Assembly (NCBI GenBank): GCA_965205265.1 | Contig: CBDBGH010000001.1 | Location: 64,001 to 128,000 of the forward strand | Length of the DNA: 64,000 bases | Direction: 5' to 3' | DNA from: Alphaproteobacteria bacterium | GTDB taxonomy: Bacteria > Pseudomonadota > Alphaproteobacteria > Bin95 | Notes under the pieces: generated by a model | Databases searched by the model: none | What the model was told of the DNA's origin: nothing | The model's input: only the letters and a program-made list of their open reading frames with translations | Shown here: positions 11,443-23,152 of the stretch, in pieces | How the letters are laid out: each line of letters opens with the position of its first letter | Position numbering within the stretch: position 1 is the first letter of the stretch | Program-made: the position numbers and the translations under genes

Positions 11443-11727
11443 ATGGCCTCTCCAGCAGTGCCGCCTGCCCGCGCCCTCGCGGCCGAGGAAAGCTACCGGA
11501 AGTCGTTCCGCGACGCGGTGATGCCCCACCTCGGGACGACCCCCGAGAAGGCGGCCTACATCGAGGCGGCGCTCGACATCCTCTGGGAGTATGACGAGCT
11601 GTCCCCCTATGAGATGGCCGTCAACGCCTGGAACAGCGGCAACCGGGAGCTCTACGAAAGTGCGCTCGCCGACGACCACCGGCTCACCGAACTCGCGGCT
11701 GCGATCAAATCCGGGGAAGAGGGGTGA
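11443..11727 (+). CDS. Small acidic hypothetical protein, possible antitoxin partner of the downstream PIN-like gene
   Basis: RBS ggaagagg, 94 aa, GTGA overlap with the next gene. Confidence 0.6.
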   Translation: MASPAVPPARALAAEESYRKSFRDAVMPHLGTTPEKAAYIEAALDILWEYDELSPYEMAVNAWNSGNRELYESALADDHRLTELAAAIKSGEEG

Positions 11728-12623
11728 CCTCTCCCGCCGCCGCGCAGGTCGCCGCCGACACCAATCTGGTCCGCCATTCGACGCCCAGACGCTATCTCAC
11801 CGTAATGGAGGACCTGCGGGGCCGACGCATCGCCATCCTCCCCACGGTCGCCCACGAGCTGCGGGGGCATATCCCGCTGCAGGCTGCGGCATACGTCAGG
11901 GGAATCTGCGAACGGGACGAGAGGTGGAGCGGCGGCCAGATCCAGACCGCGGCCCGCGCCGTGGGCGGCGCGGCGGTGGAATGGTGGGAGGACTGGCGGC
12001 TCCGCAACGACTCGGTCTACGAGCATGTTCCGGATCTGGGAGCTTCGCATTAAACCCTGACGGCCACCTCCCTTCCCGACGACGCCTTCCGGGACACTAA
12101 CGGGAACGACCAGTTGATCTATGCCCAGGCATGGGCGCATGGTATCGACATTCTGGCGGGCCGGAACCGCCGGAGCATTGTCAGGAAGGAGCTGGAACGT
12201 CATTTCGCGGCGCTCGACGCCCCACGCCCGCCAATCGAGGTCAGGAACCTCTACGAGCATACCACTGCCGTTGCCGAGACCGAACGGCGGGATGTCCCGG
12301 AGGTCGCGCTGGAGGCGATGCTGTGTGCCGTCATCCCCGAGGACTGGACATCCGGGAAGCACGTCGGCGTCCGCTCCTCGTGCGAAAGGTTCATCAGGAA
12401 CCTGAACACTGGCCCCGGCCGACGCGTCAGAATGACAGCAGGTGAGAACACGCTCTCCCGAATACTGGACAGGGCGCTTCATCGCCTCGGTCATACAGCT
12501 TTCGTCGAGCGCTGTGAGGCGGCATACGCCATACGCCCGGCGGCGGCACGGGAAGCCGAGAGGCAGTTTCACAGCAGGACCCGCGCCGCAGTGCGGTTGA
12601 CCGGCATCGATCCCTGGGCTTGA
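11724..12623 (+). pseudogene. PIN-like domain protein with an in-frame TAA at 12051-12053
   Basis: VAADTNL, PTVAHEL, NDQLIYAQA, ILAGRN follow PIN spacing; ORFs 11724 and 12114 are in the same frame. Confidence 0.55.
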
Positions 12624-13071
12624 TCCACGCTGCATCGCGTCAAGGGTCGAAGTTGCCGAATCACGGACCGGTCCGCGGTGAATCAACGTGATCATCTGGA
12701 TCAAGGCGCGCCGAAACCGCCTGTTTCGGGCAGCGCTGAATGACCTGGGTTCCGCCCCGGTTGAATTCCCCTCCGTCGGGATCCGTTTCCGGGTCAACGT
12801 CGGCTGCCTACTCGCGACGCAGCCTGTCCCAGTCCGCCTGTCCCTCTCCTGACTGGCGGACCGCCTACTCAAGGGTGACTGTCGTGACGGCGTTTTTTCC
12901 TTCTCTTCCCGCCGGTTGGCCGCGATGATCAGGATGGCGTAACTGCGGAACATGTAGACCGCCGGGATGACGGTTCCACCGTCCAGACCCCCGTCGCGGT
13001 CCAGCGGACCGGAGCCCATCCGACCATCGGCACTGGACATCCCGGATTCCGGCCGGGTTTCACTGCCGCCG

Positions 13072-13398
13072 TCAGGCCGCGCCGACAGGGATCCCGTCCG
13101 ACGACAGCCCGAGGGCTTCCAGACGCTTTTCGACCGCGAGCGGGCTGCGCTCCAGAGCCACGGCGATCTGGGAAATCCCCTTCCCCGCTCCGTGAAGCCG
13201 TCTCACCCTGTCCTCCTCGTCCTGTGTCCATGCCGCGCCCTGGCGGGCCGGACGACCGGTCCTTCCACCGGAACGCGCGGCGGCGGATCCTCCGCCTTCC
13301 CGACGGACTTCCGCAGTCCTGCCCGGGACAGGCCTAGGCGGGACGTCCGCCCAGGTATGGACCGGCCCGCTGAACCTCTCGGTCTCCCGCCGCTCCAT
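13072..13398 (-). CDS. HTWADVPP-motif protein with a C-terminal GcrA/Myb-like HTH
   Basis: AWTQDEEDRVRRLHGAGKGISQIAVALERSPLAVEKRL; N-terminal motif shared with 51565-52560. Confidence 0.65.
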   Translation of the reverse strand: MERRETERFSGPVHTWADVPPRPVPGRTAEVRREGGGSAAARSGGRTGRPARQGAAWTQDEEDRVRRLHGAGKGISQIAVALERSPLAVEKRLEALGLSSDGIPVGAA

Positions 13399-13659
13399 CT
13401 AGTCCGACAGCGCCGCCAGGGCGGAGGGCAGCGCGGTGGCGAGGAACCTCCCCCCTTCCAGCGTGAATGTCGCCATCGTCCCGCGTCCGTCCTCCACCGC
13501 CACGTAGTGCAGGACCACGTCGCCGCCGACATCGGCGGCGCGGAACATGTACCGGTCATCGCCGCTGCTGGACTCTGCGTCCCAAACGAAATCCGGCCTC
13601 GCGCCGCCGCCCTGTCCGTCCATGGCAACCATCATGCTTCGGTCGGTGCAGTGTGCCAC
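13399..13659 (-). CDS. Small hypothetical beta-beta-beta-alpha protein, single-domain homolog of 52567-53037
   Basis: W..(E/D)...R...and TFTLEGGRFLATALPSALAAL shared with both halves of 52567-53037; stop abuts the next ATG. Confidence 0.6.
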   Translation of the reverse strand: MAHCTDRSMMVAMDGQGGGARPDFVWDAESSSGDDRYMFRAADVGGDVVLHYVAVEDGRGTMATFTLEGGRFLATALPSALAALSD

Positions 13660-13889
13660 CGGAGCGTCCAGCGCTCAAGCGCGGCGGCGCAGGGGTCTGG
13701 TCCTTTGCTTAAGCCCCATTACATGTGCTTGGTCCGGGTTTCTCGAGGCGGACAGCGGTTCCCACTAGCCCGGATATCTCACCAGACCGGGAGTCCGTGC
13801 ATCCGGCGAGGGAAAGTCCGGACAAAAAATCGTAGACAACGACTGGAATGCGTTTCTGTAGATGTCCAGAATGGAAACTCCCCCATTTA

Positions 13890-14440
13890 CGGGTCTGAGC
13901 AGCAATGGCGCAGAGAACCTACATAAGGATTTCAGGGCTCGTCAGGGTCTGCGTTCTGCGGGTCGCGCAGTGGCCTGAGTTCGCCCCGTTCCACGAATTC
14001 CGGCAGTGGGAAGGCGTATCGGCCGGGCATGTTGACGTGTCTGAAACCTGACGGCGACAGACGCGCGACGTCTTCGGGCCTGGAGTCGCAGCCCTCCGCC
14101 ACGAGTTGGTCGGGGGCGGCATCCATTTAGATCGTGTTCCGGAGCACGACGGGATTGACGACCGGGCCGAGTGCTCCGAGTTGATCCTCCTGACGTTCAC
14201 GGTAGCGTTGGCGCAACTCGCCACGCCATTCCGTGGAAAAGGGCACGAGCGGGTTGATGTCGTCCTTCAACCCGGTTGGGTTGAGCGGGGATGCGCCGCC
14301 GGCAGGCTTCGTCATCGATGAAACGGAGAAGATGGAGTGTCTTTACGAGGCGGCCGACGCCGGGCACGGGCAATGCGGTCGATGGCAGCGCGGACACGCG
14401 CCAGCGCGTAGTTGCGGCGGTGGGCTGGCCGAAATCGGTG
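13890..14440 (-). mobile_element. tnpA: Tn3-family transposon remnant (tnpA 3' end, frameshifted, plus a degenerate 38-bp IR at 13890-13927)
   Basis: LRFIDDE..RRRI, RGELRQRYRE.QEDQLGAL, DVARLSP, H.NM.GRY.F; end cgggtctgagcagcaatgg...cctacataag resembles Tn3/gamma-delta IRs. Confidence 0.8.
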
Positions 14441-14479
14441 GTTTCGGTCCCCGGTGCCACCGACGCAGGGCAATGCCGA

Positions 14480-14587
14480 CCGATTCATTCGTTTCGGGTC
14501 TTCCTCATTGAAGAAGGCGATCATCCGGGTATGGAATCGGGCAGACGGAACGATGATGGCGACGATGGTACGGATTTCAGGTTCTGA
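14480..14587 (+). pseudogene. 3' remnant of another copy of the AAA+ ATPase family
   Basis: PIHSFRVFLIEEG...RRNDDGDDGTDFRF* matches the tails of the two downstream ATPases. Confidence 0.8.
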
Positions 14588-14711
14588 AATCCATGCCAAT
14601 ACCCTGTTGGTTCAGGTTTCATTTTTCGGCTGGTTTTCCTATGGTAAGGACACGGAATTATTTCCGGTGTCGATGGCATCGCGAATATGTCAATATATGA
14701 AAGAACTGTCC

Positions 14712-15986
14712 ATGCCCATCAATCGCGCCCATATCAAGGAATACCTGCGGCAGGGCGAAGGTGCGCCACCGCCGGTCTTTATCGGTCATGATGATATCCT
14801 GAATGATATCCTGGTCACAGCAAAAGACAGTGCCGGTCAGTCAAAAAAGACCCACGTTGTGCAGGGGGCACCTGGAGCCGGGAAGACCTCCCTGCTGCAC
14901 GAGATGCAGAAGCGATGGACGGGGGAGGACGGATTTCCAAGAGTGGTGGCCCTGCATTCCACCCAGCTTCTGTACAATTCCCTCAATGGTGTCGGGGCTG
15001 TACTTGAAGCCTGGACCATGGATGAAGGAAAATGGAAGCGGACATTGACCGATCGGATCAAAAGACTGAGCGGAATTGGGATTGGACCTGGCGGTCTGTC
15101 GATGGAATTCTCCGATGTCCAGATTCCAGAGACATTATATATGGTGGCCAACAGATATCCTGTAAAGGAACAGGCCAGACCGATCATTGTCGCCGTGGAC
15201 GAGGCGCAGCGCCTGTCCAGGGGGCAGACGGCACCGGAAGCCCTGTTCCTGCAGGAGATCCATGACGGCGGTTCCGGCCTGCCCTTGATCCTGGTGCTCG
15301 CTGGCCTGTCCGATACAGATGCCAGGGCCAGGGAGATGCATCTGACACGTGGACGGACAGTCCATGAAGTCAGACCCCTCACGCAGGCCCAGGCCCGGGA
15401 TTTCATGCGCAGGCTGGCCCTTTGGTTCGGCCTCGACACCTCCCGCCACAATTCCCGTCTGGAGGCCCTAGCCGACATCTGCGATGGCTGGCCGCGGCAC
15501 CTGCGCTTCGCTGGCGTCTCCCTGGCGGAAGAGGCCCTGCGCATTGACGGTGACATGCATCGCATGGACTGGCCTGCGATGGCGGCGAGGACATGGCAGG
15601 AGCGTCAGGCCTATTACAGTTCCCAGAGAACTTCGCGGATGCGCCATGCCAAAGCGCTCCTGGCGGCGGTGATGCAGGACATTCCAACACAGGCGAATGG
15701 ACCCAGATCACTTGAGGACACGGAAGTCCTGGCCTCAATCGTCCGGCATAGACGTATTGGCGATACGCCCGACAATATCCCCTGGTCATTGCCGAAAGGG
15801 ATGGATGCGGAGGATTTTCTTGAGGATCTCGTCCATCAAGGTGCTCTGTACATTGATGGCGAAGGATATGTCCATTCCCCCATTCCCTCATTCAAGGCTT
15901 TCCTCATCGACCAGGGCCGTCAGCCGGATACGGAACCGACCAGGCGGAACGATGGGGGAGATGATGGCACGGATTTCAGGGCCTGA
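14712..15986 (+). CDS. AAA+ ATPase (AAA_16/AAA_22-like) with a probable C-terminal winged helix, paralog 1
   Basis: PPVFIGH, Walker A GAPGAGKT, Walker B VAVDEAQ, DGWPRHL, LVHQGAL...SPIPSF. Confidence 0.85.
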   Translation: MPINRAHIKEYLRQGEGAPPPVFIGHDDILNDILVTAKDSAGQSKKTHVVQGAPGAGKTSLLHEMQKRWTGEDGFPRVVALHSTQLLYNSLNGVGAVLEAWTMDEGKWKRTLTDRIKRLSGIGIGPGGLSMEFSDVQIPETLYMVANRYPVKEQARPIIVAVDEAQRLSRGQTAPEALFLQEIHDGGSGLPLILVLAGLSDTDARAREMHLTRGRTVHEVRPLTQAQARDFMRRLALWFGLDTSRHNSRLEALADICDGWPRHLRFAGVSLAEEALRIDGDMHRMDWPAMAARTWQERQAYYSSQRTSRMRHAKALLAAVMQDIPTQANGPRSLEDTEVLASIVRHRRIGDTPDNIPWSLPKGMDAEDFLEDLVHQGALYIDGEGYVHSPIPSFKAFLIDQGRQPDTEPTRRNDGGDDGTDFRA

Positions 15987-16030
15987 AATCCGTATTGACG
16001 CCATTATGTCAATGTATGAAAGGACTGTCC

Positions 16031-17277
16031 ATGCCCATCAACCGCGCCCGTATCAGGGAATACCTGCGCCAGGGCGAGGGTGCGCCGCCGCCGGTCTTTG
16101 TCGGTCATGACGATATCCTGAAGGATATCCTGACCACAGCGAAGGACAGCGCCAGCCAGCCGAAGATGACCCGCGTCGTGCAGGGCGCCCCCGGCGCCGG
16201 CAAGAGCTCGATGCTGCACGAGATGCAGAAACGATGGACGGGGAAAGATGGAACCCACGGTTGGTCGAGGTGTCTTCGGAAGCCGTCATCCAAAATGTAT
16301 CCGGCGTCATCCGGGCGATCATGGCCGCCGGCCTTTCATCTGAGGACAGCTGGTGGAATATCCTTCAGGAGCGTTTCCGTAGGATACGCGCCGTCGGCGC
16401 TTCCGTCGCGGGATATGGCCTGTCCGCTGAATTCGATGTCTACGCCGATGTGAAAATGCTTGGTATGGCCATGGAACGGAGCCGGAGGGAGGCTTGGAAC
16501 CACGTTGTCATCCTCGCCGTGGATGAAGCCCAGGCGCTCAGCGGCGATCATGAATCCACATCCGCATGTTTCCTGCGCGAGATCCACAATGGCAGGACTG
16601 GCCTTCCCATAGGTCTGGTTTTCGCCGACCTGTCCGATACAGATGCCAGGGCCAGGCAGATGCATCTGGCACGTGGACGGAAAATCCATGAGGTCAGACC
16701 ACTCACGCAGGTCCAGGCCCGGGACTTCATGCGACGGCTGGCCCTGTGGTTCGGTCTCGACACCTCCCGCCACAATTCCCGTCTGGAGGCCCTGGCCGAC
16801 ATCTGCGATGGCTGGCCGCGACACCTGCGCGTTGACGGCGTCTCCCTGACGGAGGAATCCCTGCGCGTTGACGGCGACATGCATCGCATGGGCTGGCCAG
16901 CCATGCGGAGGATGGCATGGGTGCTGCGCCAGAAATACTATGACGAACAGTCCAGCACCATGATGCAGGATGCGGATATCCTGACCGCCAGGGTGATGTG
17001 CGGACTGCGCGATGGCATGCGGTTCAGGGATCTGCAGGGACTGGTGGAGAACAATGTTGTGGACTGTCCCGGGCAGCGATTGCCGGCGGGAGTGGATTCC
17101 GCAATGTTCCTCAACGATCTCATCCATCAGGGCGCGTTGTACAGAAACCCGCAGGGCCGCGTCCATTCCCCCATCCCCTCGTTCCGGGCCTTCCTCATCG
17201 AACAGGGCCGCCAGCCGGATATGGAACCGGCCAGGCGGAACGATGGGGGAGATGATGGCACGGACTTCAGGGCCTGA
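16031..17277 (+). pseudogene. AAA+ ATPase paralog 2, 1-nt frameshift near 16255
   Basis: GAPGAGKS in ORF 15995-16453; LAVDEAQ and the tail in ORF 16234-17277; one more C in ggaaccc restores DGTPRLV (could be a sequencing error). Confidence 0.8.
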
Positions 17278-17308
17278 AACCGGTTGCGGTTGGACCGCCC
17301 GGAAATCG

Positions 17309-18577
17309 TCAGTCCCGACCAGAATTCTCAGTCACGTCATTTTCCAGACCATCCCCGCTGTTTCTGCCGATCAGGAAAGCCTTGAAGGAGGGGATTGGCG
17401 AATGGATATATCCATCGCCATCCTCGTACAGGGCTCCCTGGTGGATGAGGTGGTCGAGGAACCATTCCGCATCCCTGTTCCGGGGCAATGTCCATTCGAT
17501 GGCCTCACCGTCCCTATGCTGGTTGTGGATACGGTTCATGTGATTGAGTATGTCCACATCCGTAACGGTGGTTTCATCGGATCTGACGGGGACGCCGTGG
17601 AGGATTTCCGCGAGCAGGAACCGTGAACGTCGCATGGTCCGGCTGGTCTGTTTTCGGTAATATTCCCGCCGCAGGGTCCATGTCCGTTCCTGCATGGCTG
17701 GCCAGTCCATGTGGTGCATATCCCCTTTCGCACGTTCGGTTTCCCTGGCCAGCACCTCACCGGCCTGACGCAGGTGCCGGGGCCAGCCGTCGCAGAGACC
17801 GGCCAGTGCCTCGAGATGCGCGTTGTGGCGGGATGTGTCGAGGCCGAAGAAGATCGGCAGCCGTCGCATGAAGTCCCGGGCCTGGAATTCCGTCAGGGGT
17901 CTGGCCTCATGAAGTCTGGCGCCGCGTGTCAGATGCATTTCGCTGGCTCTGGCGGCGGTGTCGGACAGGCCGGCGAGTACCGGAACCAGTGGCAGGCCCG
18001 ATGTGCTGTCATGGATTTCCTGCAGGAGCAGCGCTTCGGGCGATGTTTTCCCCCGATCCATACGCTGGGATTCGTCCACGGCGACGATGACCGGACATCC
18101 CTCTTTCGCTGGAGGGTATCTGGCGGCCAGTTCGCGGCATGTTCCGGGAACCTCGCTGTCGGCGAATTCAACCGACAGCCCGCCCGGACCGGCACCGACC
18201 CCCCGCAACCGCTTGAGTCGATCCTTCAGGGTATCGGTCCATTTCGCCTCCGCCATGGTCCAGGCATCAAGGACGGCGCCAACGCCCGTTCGGGGATCTT
18301 TCATCAGATCGGTCGAGGACAGGGCCACGACCCTGGGTTTTCCGTCCTTACCCAGCCATCGTTTCTGCATTTCGGCGAGCAGCGAGCTCTTGCCGGCCCC
18401 GGGGGCGCCCTGGATGATGCGGGTGAATTTCGCCTCTCCGGCGCTTTCCTGTGCCGTCCGCAGGATGTCATCGAGGATATCCTGATGGCCGACGAAGACC
18501 GGTGGCGGGGCACCCTCACCCTGGCGCAGATATTCGCGGACCCTGTCCGCGTGATAGCGTGGTGGCCTTGAGGACAT
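17309..18577 (-). CDS. AAA+ ATPase paralog 3
   Basis: EYLRQGEGAPPPVFVGH, GAPGAGKS, VAVDESQ, DGWPRHL, HSPIPSF. Confidence 0.85.
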   Translation of the reverse strand: MSSRPPRYHADRVREYLRQGEGAPPPVFVGHQDILDDILRTAQESAGEAKFTRIIQGAPGAGKSSLLAEMQKRWLGKDGKPRVVALSSTDLMKDPRTGVGAVLDAWTMAEAKWTDTLKDRLKRLRGVGAGPGGLSVEFADSEVPGTCRELAARYPPAKEGCPVIVAVDESQRMDRGKTSPEALLLQEIHDSTSGLPLVPVLAGLSDTAARASEMHLTRGARLHEARPLTEFQARDFMRRLPIFFGLDTSRHNAHLEALAGLCDGWPRHLRQAGEVLARETERAKGDMHHMDWPAMQERTWTLRREYYRKQTSRTMRRSRFLLAEILHGVPVRSDETTVTDVDILNHMNRIHNQHRDGEAIEWTLPRNRDAEWFLDHLIHQGALYEDGDGYIHSPIPSFKAFLIGRNSGDGLENDVTENSGRD

Positions 18578-18731
18578 GACCTGTTCCCTCTGTTTCAGGT
18601 CGAAATCGGTCCGCATCAGTCTATCATACAATGATGATGAGGTCCAGAATGGCATCATTGTTGACCTGTCTTTCATGAAGGGTGACGTCACAGGTGGCCC
18701 GCAGGGATTCAGCCCAGACATGAGATGTTCC

Positions 18732-18769
18732 GTGACTGTTCCCCGCCCTGAAGGACGGGGAACAGTCAC
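18732..18769. repeat. 38-bp palindrome (REP/PATE-like), copy 1
   Basis: GTGACTGTTCCCCGCCC-TGAA-GGACGGGGAACAGTCAC; homolog at 49149-49186. Confidence 0.7.
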
Positions 18770-18879
18770 CCGATCGAACCCACATATCCGCGGTATTCAG
18801 GCATTGTCCGCTTCCATGTTCCTTGTACAATACGATCACAGGAGGTTTTCCCTGGTCGGCCAGGCGATCTATGCGCCGT

Positions 18880-19175
18880 CGGCATTTCCCCCTCCATTCT
18901 CTCGAGGGTGACCCGGTAGCTGAGCGCCCCCACCACCCGCGACAGCGTCCTCATGGTCGGATTGCCCCTGGCCGGAAGAATCTGTACATCACCTCACGGC
19001 TGACGTTGGCGCGCGCGGCGACCTCGCCCATCCCCCAGGCCTGGGCGATGTCGCAGATGACCGCGACGATGAGGGCCGGGTCGCCGTCATCAAGGGCCGC
19101 CTTGAGATAGGCCCGCTGGGCTTCGGGCGTCCCGAAACGCTCCGCGGGATCCCAGGGTTCGGTCTCAACTGTCAT
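18880..19175 (-). pseudogene. Addiction-module antidote (HI1420/HigA-like), frameshifted, orphan
   Basis: AYLKAALDDGDPALI...GMGEVAARANVSRE, continuing in another frame as TLSRVVGAL. Confidence 0.75.
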
Positions 19176-20520
19176 TCACGATCTCCCCTGCCAGTCGCCT
19201 CGCGCGTGTGGCCTCACAAGCCGCACCCTGAATTGACGAAAGCGGAAGAAACATCGCGACGACCCCACCTGGCCTGACCTTCACATGCGCCAGATCGACG
19301 AAGTTCGAGGCGAGACCGGCATTGCCCTGCCCGGCGGGCAGGTGGCTGTCTTTCATCAGCGTTGTCCGGAGCCGCTTCAGACGTTTCGACATTGCTTTCT
19401 GTTCCGCGCCCTCAGTCACAAATCCGGCAAATGAAGGGACTGGCACATTGGCGGTACATGGTTGGTCGGTCGGTTGAACGGCGGATTCATAATGACGAGA
19501 TCCACGGACCCCGCGGGGACCTCGATATCCTTGTTCTCGACGTCGCCGCGGCCGCCGACCTGTCTCTGCCCCGTGGCGAACAGGGTCAACGCCGCCGCCT
19601 GACCCGTCAGATCCAGTGATCCGAGCGATATCCCGGAAGCGCCATCGTATCCGTAAGGCATCGTGTATACGCGGGTTCGGCCGAATGTGACCGTTGGATG
19701 CGCACTCGAAAGCTGCGAAGCGCAGAGATGGGTCGCCGCCGACATGATGTCCGCCGCGACCATTGCGTTCTCAATCATTGCTTGGTGCACTTCGCTTTCG
19801 TCAGCGCCAGCTCTCCGGTGGTGCGCCAGGATCGACTGGTAGGCAGCGGACAGCAGGGTGCCGGTCCCACAGGAAAAGTCGGCGATGCGCAGCCTTTGGT
19901 ACCCTTCATGATCCGACCAGTCCACATTCATCTGCCGTATGGCAATCTTCGCCAGCAGGACAGCGCTTGTCGGCAGCGTGTGGAATGTCGCAAGGAGCTT
20001 ACGGTCCGTGATCAGTGTCTGGAACATTCGTCCGGCAAGGTCATGCCTGGTTGTGACGCCCAGTTCAGCGAGCCGGGCGGCCGCGGCGACCAGGACATCG
20101 AGCACACGTTTCGCGGTCTCGATCCGGATCGGGGCGAGGAGGTTCGATGCCAACTGGAAGATCGGCCAGTAATTGATCGTCTCCAGAATGTGGTCCCAGC
20201 AGTCAAGCAGCGGTTGCCGGAGGTGCCCGCCGGATTCCCTCCGGAGTTCCGCCACGGTTCGGATGCTATGTGTCCCGGCCATGACGGCATGGAACGTCAA
20301 TGCATTGGCGAGAATCGTCATCGCCATTCGGTTGGTCTGCTCGCCAGACGATTGGTTGAGGATCCGAAGGCTCTCCGTTATCAGGTGCTGCGCCAGCATC
20401 GCATGTTCGATGCACCGCACGATACCGTCGACGGAACCGGACAGCCAGCTCGCCGTCGGCAAGCGGTGCGGAGCTACCGGGTCACCGGGAGCATCGGCGG
20501 CAACCTGATGGCCGGAGAGT
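19165..20520 (-). pseudogene. Fragment of a type IIG-like amino-methyltransferase / RM fusion
   Basis: IADFSCGTGTLL and LVIMNPPF; frameshift after NPPF; truncated at both ends. Confidence 0.75.
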
Positions 20521-20596
20521 CCGAATTTGACAGATGGTTGCCTCCCGAATGACCCAATTCAACGCTCGGACCCACGGGGTAAACTGCGGCCTCTAT

Positions 20597-20630
20597 TGAC
20601 AATTGCTTCGATTGCTTCATCTAATTCGTT
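20597..20630 (+). promoter_or_regulatory. Putative sigma70 promoter with an ATTGCTTC direct repeat in the spacer
   Basis: TTGACA attgcttcg attgcttc atctaat upstream of the HTH-PIN pair. Confidence 0.4.
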
Positions 20631-20674
20631 CAACTATATCATTCCATGGAATCACACCGTCCTGAGAGGCCTGC

Positions 20675-21139
20675 ATGAACACGTTGCCTCATCGCCAGCT
20701 CCCGCCTACGCCTCGGGACGCTGCGATCGCACGAAGCACTCGTGAGGCTCTGTCTCCCTACGGCGGGATGGACCGGCCCTTGACGCTACGCGTCAGGGAC
20801 AGCGAACAGGAACGACCTATCGAACTCCCGTCCGGTGCGGTCGACCTGCTCATGCAGGTCCTGGAAGCCATGGCCGCAGGCCAGGGCGTGACGTTGATAC
20901 CGGAAAGCGCCGATCTCACAACGGTCCAGGCGGCCGACTTGTTGAACGTCTCCCGCCCCTTTCTCATCAAACTCCTCGACCAGAAGGTCATCCCCCATCG
21001 GAAGGTTGGCAAGCACCGCCGGATTCGCATGGAAGACGTCATGGCTTACAAGAACGCCATCGACCGCGAACGCGAGCAAGCGCTCGACCAGCTGGCCCGT
21101 GAGTCCCAAGCTAATGACATGGGATATGGCGCCCGGTGA
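20675..21139 (+). CDS. Excisionase-like HTH (HTH_17) antitoxin
   Basis: LTTVQAADLLNVSRPFLIKLLD..IP.RKVGKHRRI; coupled to the PIN gene. Confidence 0.85.
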   Translation: MNTLPHRQLPPTPRDAAIARSTREALSPYGGMDRPLTLRVRDSEQERPIELPSGAVDLLMQVLEAMAAGQGVTLIPESADLTTVQAADLLNVSRPFLIKLLDQKVIPHRKVGKHRRIRMEDVMAYKNAIDREREQALDQLARESQANDMGYGAR

Positions 21140-21705
21140 CGGGCTTCACCGCTCTTCCTGACGCCAACATTCTCTATCCCGCACCTATGCGGGATATTTT
21201 TCTGCAAATGGCGGCTGACGATGTCTTTCGCGCCAAATGGACCGAAAACATCCATCAGGAGTGGATCGACGCCCTGATCCGTAACGAACCGCACCGTGAC
21301 CGAGCAACGCTGGAGCACACCCGCCGTCTCATGGACCGGGCGACGCGGGACTGTCTGGTCACCGGATACCAACCGCTGATCCCCGCACTCAACCTTCCCG
21401 ACCACGACGACCGTCATGTTCTCGCCGCGGCCATTGTAGGACATTGCGATGTGATCGTTACCTGCAACCTGCGAGACTTCCCGGAAGAAGCGGTGATGCC
21501 CTACGGGATCGAAGTCCTCCACCCCGACAGCTTTCTGTCCAATCACCTTGACCTGGTGCCAGGCTCTTTCTGCGACGCGGTGCGCAAGATACGAGCGCGG
21601 CTTGTGGCGCCACCCATCTCCGTTCAGGACTATCTCGCCGTCCTGACCAAGCTGGGTCTCGTCGCCACCGCCGCTGAACTGGCTCGGTTCTCGGAGCGGC
21701 TCTAA
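21136..21705 (+). CDS. PIN-domain toxin (PIN_3/VapC50-like)
   Basis: DANILYP, LPDHDDRHVLAAA, IVTCNLRDFP, HPDSFL. Confidence 0.85.
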   Translation: MTGFTALPDANILYPAPMRDIFLQMAADDVFRAKWTENIHQEWIDALIRNEPHRDRATLEHTRRLMDRATRDCLVTGYQPLIPALNLPDHDDRHVLAAAIVGHCDVIVTCNLRDFPEEAVMPYGIEVLHPDSFLSNHLDLVPGSFCDAVRKIRARLVAPPISVQDYLAVLTKLGLVATAAELARFSERL

Positions 21706-21993
21706 TTGGTCTCCGATCCTCGAGGAATGGCCAAGCCCAGACGGGATCGAAGTCAGCATTTCCGTCCTCCAGTGCTTTCACAATTCTCGTCCGCAATCGG
21801 TAAGATCCTACAACTGCGACGAGTCCCCGACGTTGAATTCCATCAACACATAGCCGAATCTTGTTGTCAGAATCTGCTTTCCTGCCTACCCCGAAACAGC
21901 GTGATTCCCCGCTTTCTGCAACCTGTCCCCTCCCCTGACCGATCAGAAACCTCAGAGGCTACGGGATGACAATTCTCAACACTGGGCGCACGG

Positions 21994-23150
21994 ATGGCGC
22001 ATGACGAACTGCTCGCCTGGTCCGCCGGCAGATTGCCTTGGCAACAGGACGCGTTACGTCGCCTGGCCATGCAGGGCGAACTCACAGCCGACGATCTGCT
22101 GGCACTTCAGCTACAGATCGAACAGGCAGCGGGACTACCTGTGGAAAACGTTCCTGAACCAGTGCCGCTTGCCGAGGAGCACCTCGATCAAGCGGCAAAC
22201 AACAACCCCAGGACCGTCCTCGCCGGCTTGGGTCCAGTCCGCCACGTAGACCGGCTTTCGTCTGATCAGCCGCCGCTTCGATTCGCGATCAACGGCATCA
22301 CGCTCGTCTACGGCGCCAATGCTTCTGGCAAGAGCGGCTACTGCCGTATCGCACGGCGACTCTGCCGGTCTCTGAGCCCGGTCGATCTTCGCCGCAACGT
22401 CTATGACACCGGGGCCCCAGCTCCACCCGAAGTGGCTGTTGCCTTTCGCGTCGGGAGCGATGACCAGCCCAAGGAAGAGCTGACCTGGTACGCCGACCAA
22501 GACCCGCCTGCGGAACTCTCGCGGATTTCCGTGTTCGATACTGCCAGTGCACGCGTCTACGTCGACAGGCAACGAAAGATCGAGTTCCTGCCCTACGAAC
22601 TCGATCTGATGAACAAGCTGGGTCTCGCCTGCCGGTCCCTCGAGGAGGGCTTCAGAGAACGTTTGACAGCCGTCAATGCAGCCGTGAGTGCGTGCCTGTC
22701 GGAAGCATATCACGAAGGCACGAAGGTTCAGGCGACGCTTGCCCGTCTCGTGACACAGACCGCTCTCGAGGAACCCCCAAGCGAGCTCGAACTACAGGCA
22801 TTCGGAAGGTGGTCGGCAGAAAGGCAGGCCGCATTCGAGGCCGCCGGAGAACGCTTGAGGCAGGATCCGCAGGTCATGGTCCGGCTTCTCCTCGCCGGAT
22901 TTGATGCCCGGCGACCTACAAGGCAAAGGCCCTATGGTGGGACCAGGAGCTATGTCGGCCGACGAAAAGGCGAAACCGTGCCCGATCCGGTGCGGTTTTC
23001 ACGTTCAAGGCCCTCTATCATGCAGCTCGTCACCAATAGAACATGCTACAGGTCACGAGCGCACCCTGAAAGCCTCGCAGATCCTTGTGGATCGCTTCAG
23101 GATCGGTCACGGATACCGATGGAGGGTCAACAAAAGTATGGATTGCCGGC
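21994..23150 (+). pseudogene. SMC/Rad50-like ABC ATPase (AAA_13-like), N-terminal part only, apparently internally deleted
   Basis: LPWQQDALRRL, VYGANASGKSGY, ISVFD; protein-like sequence lost after about 22900. Confidence 0.7.
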
Positions 23151-23152
23151 AA

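Noticed and set aside
14480-18577. Diversity-generating retroelement or shufflon behind the ATPase variation
   Set aside because: No reverse transcriptase, no adenine-specific TR/VR pair and no intact invertase with short crossover repeats in the window
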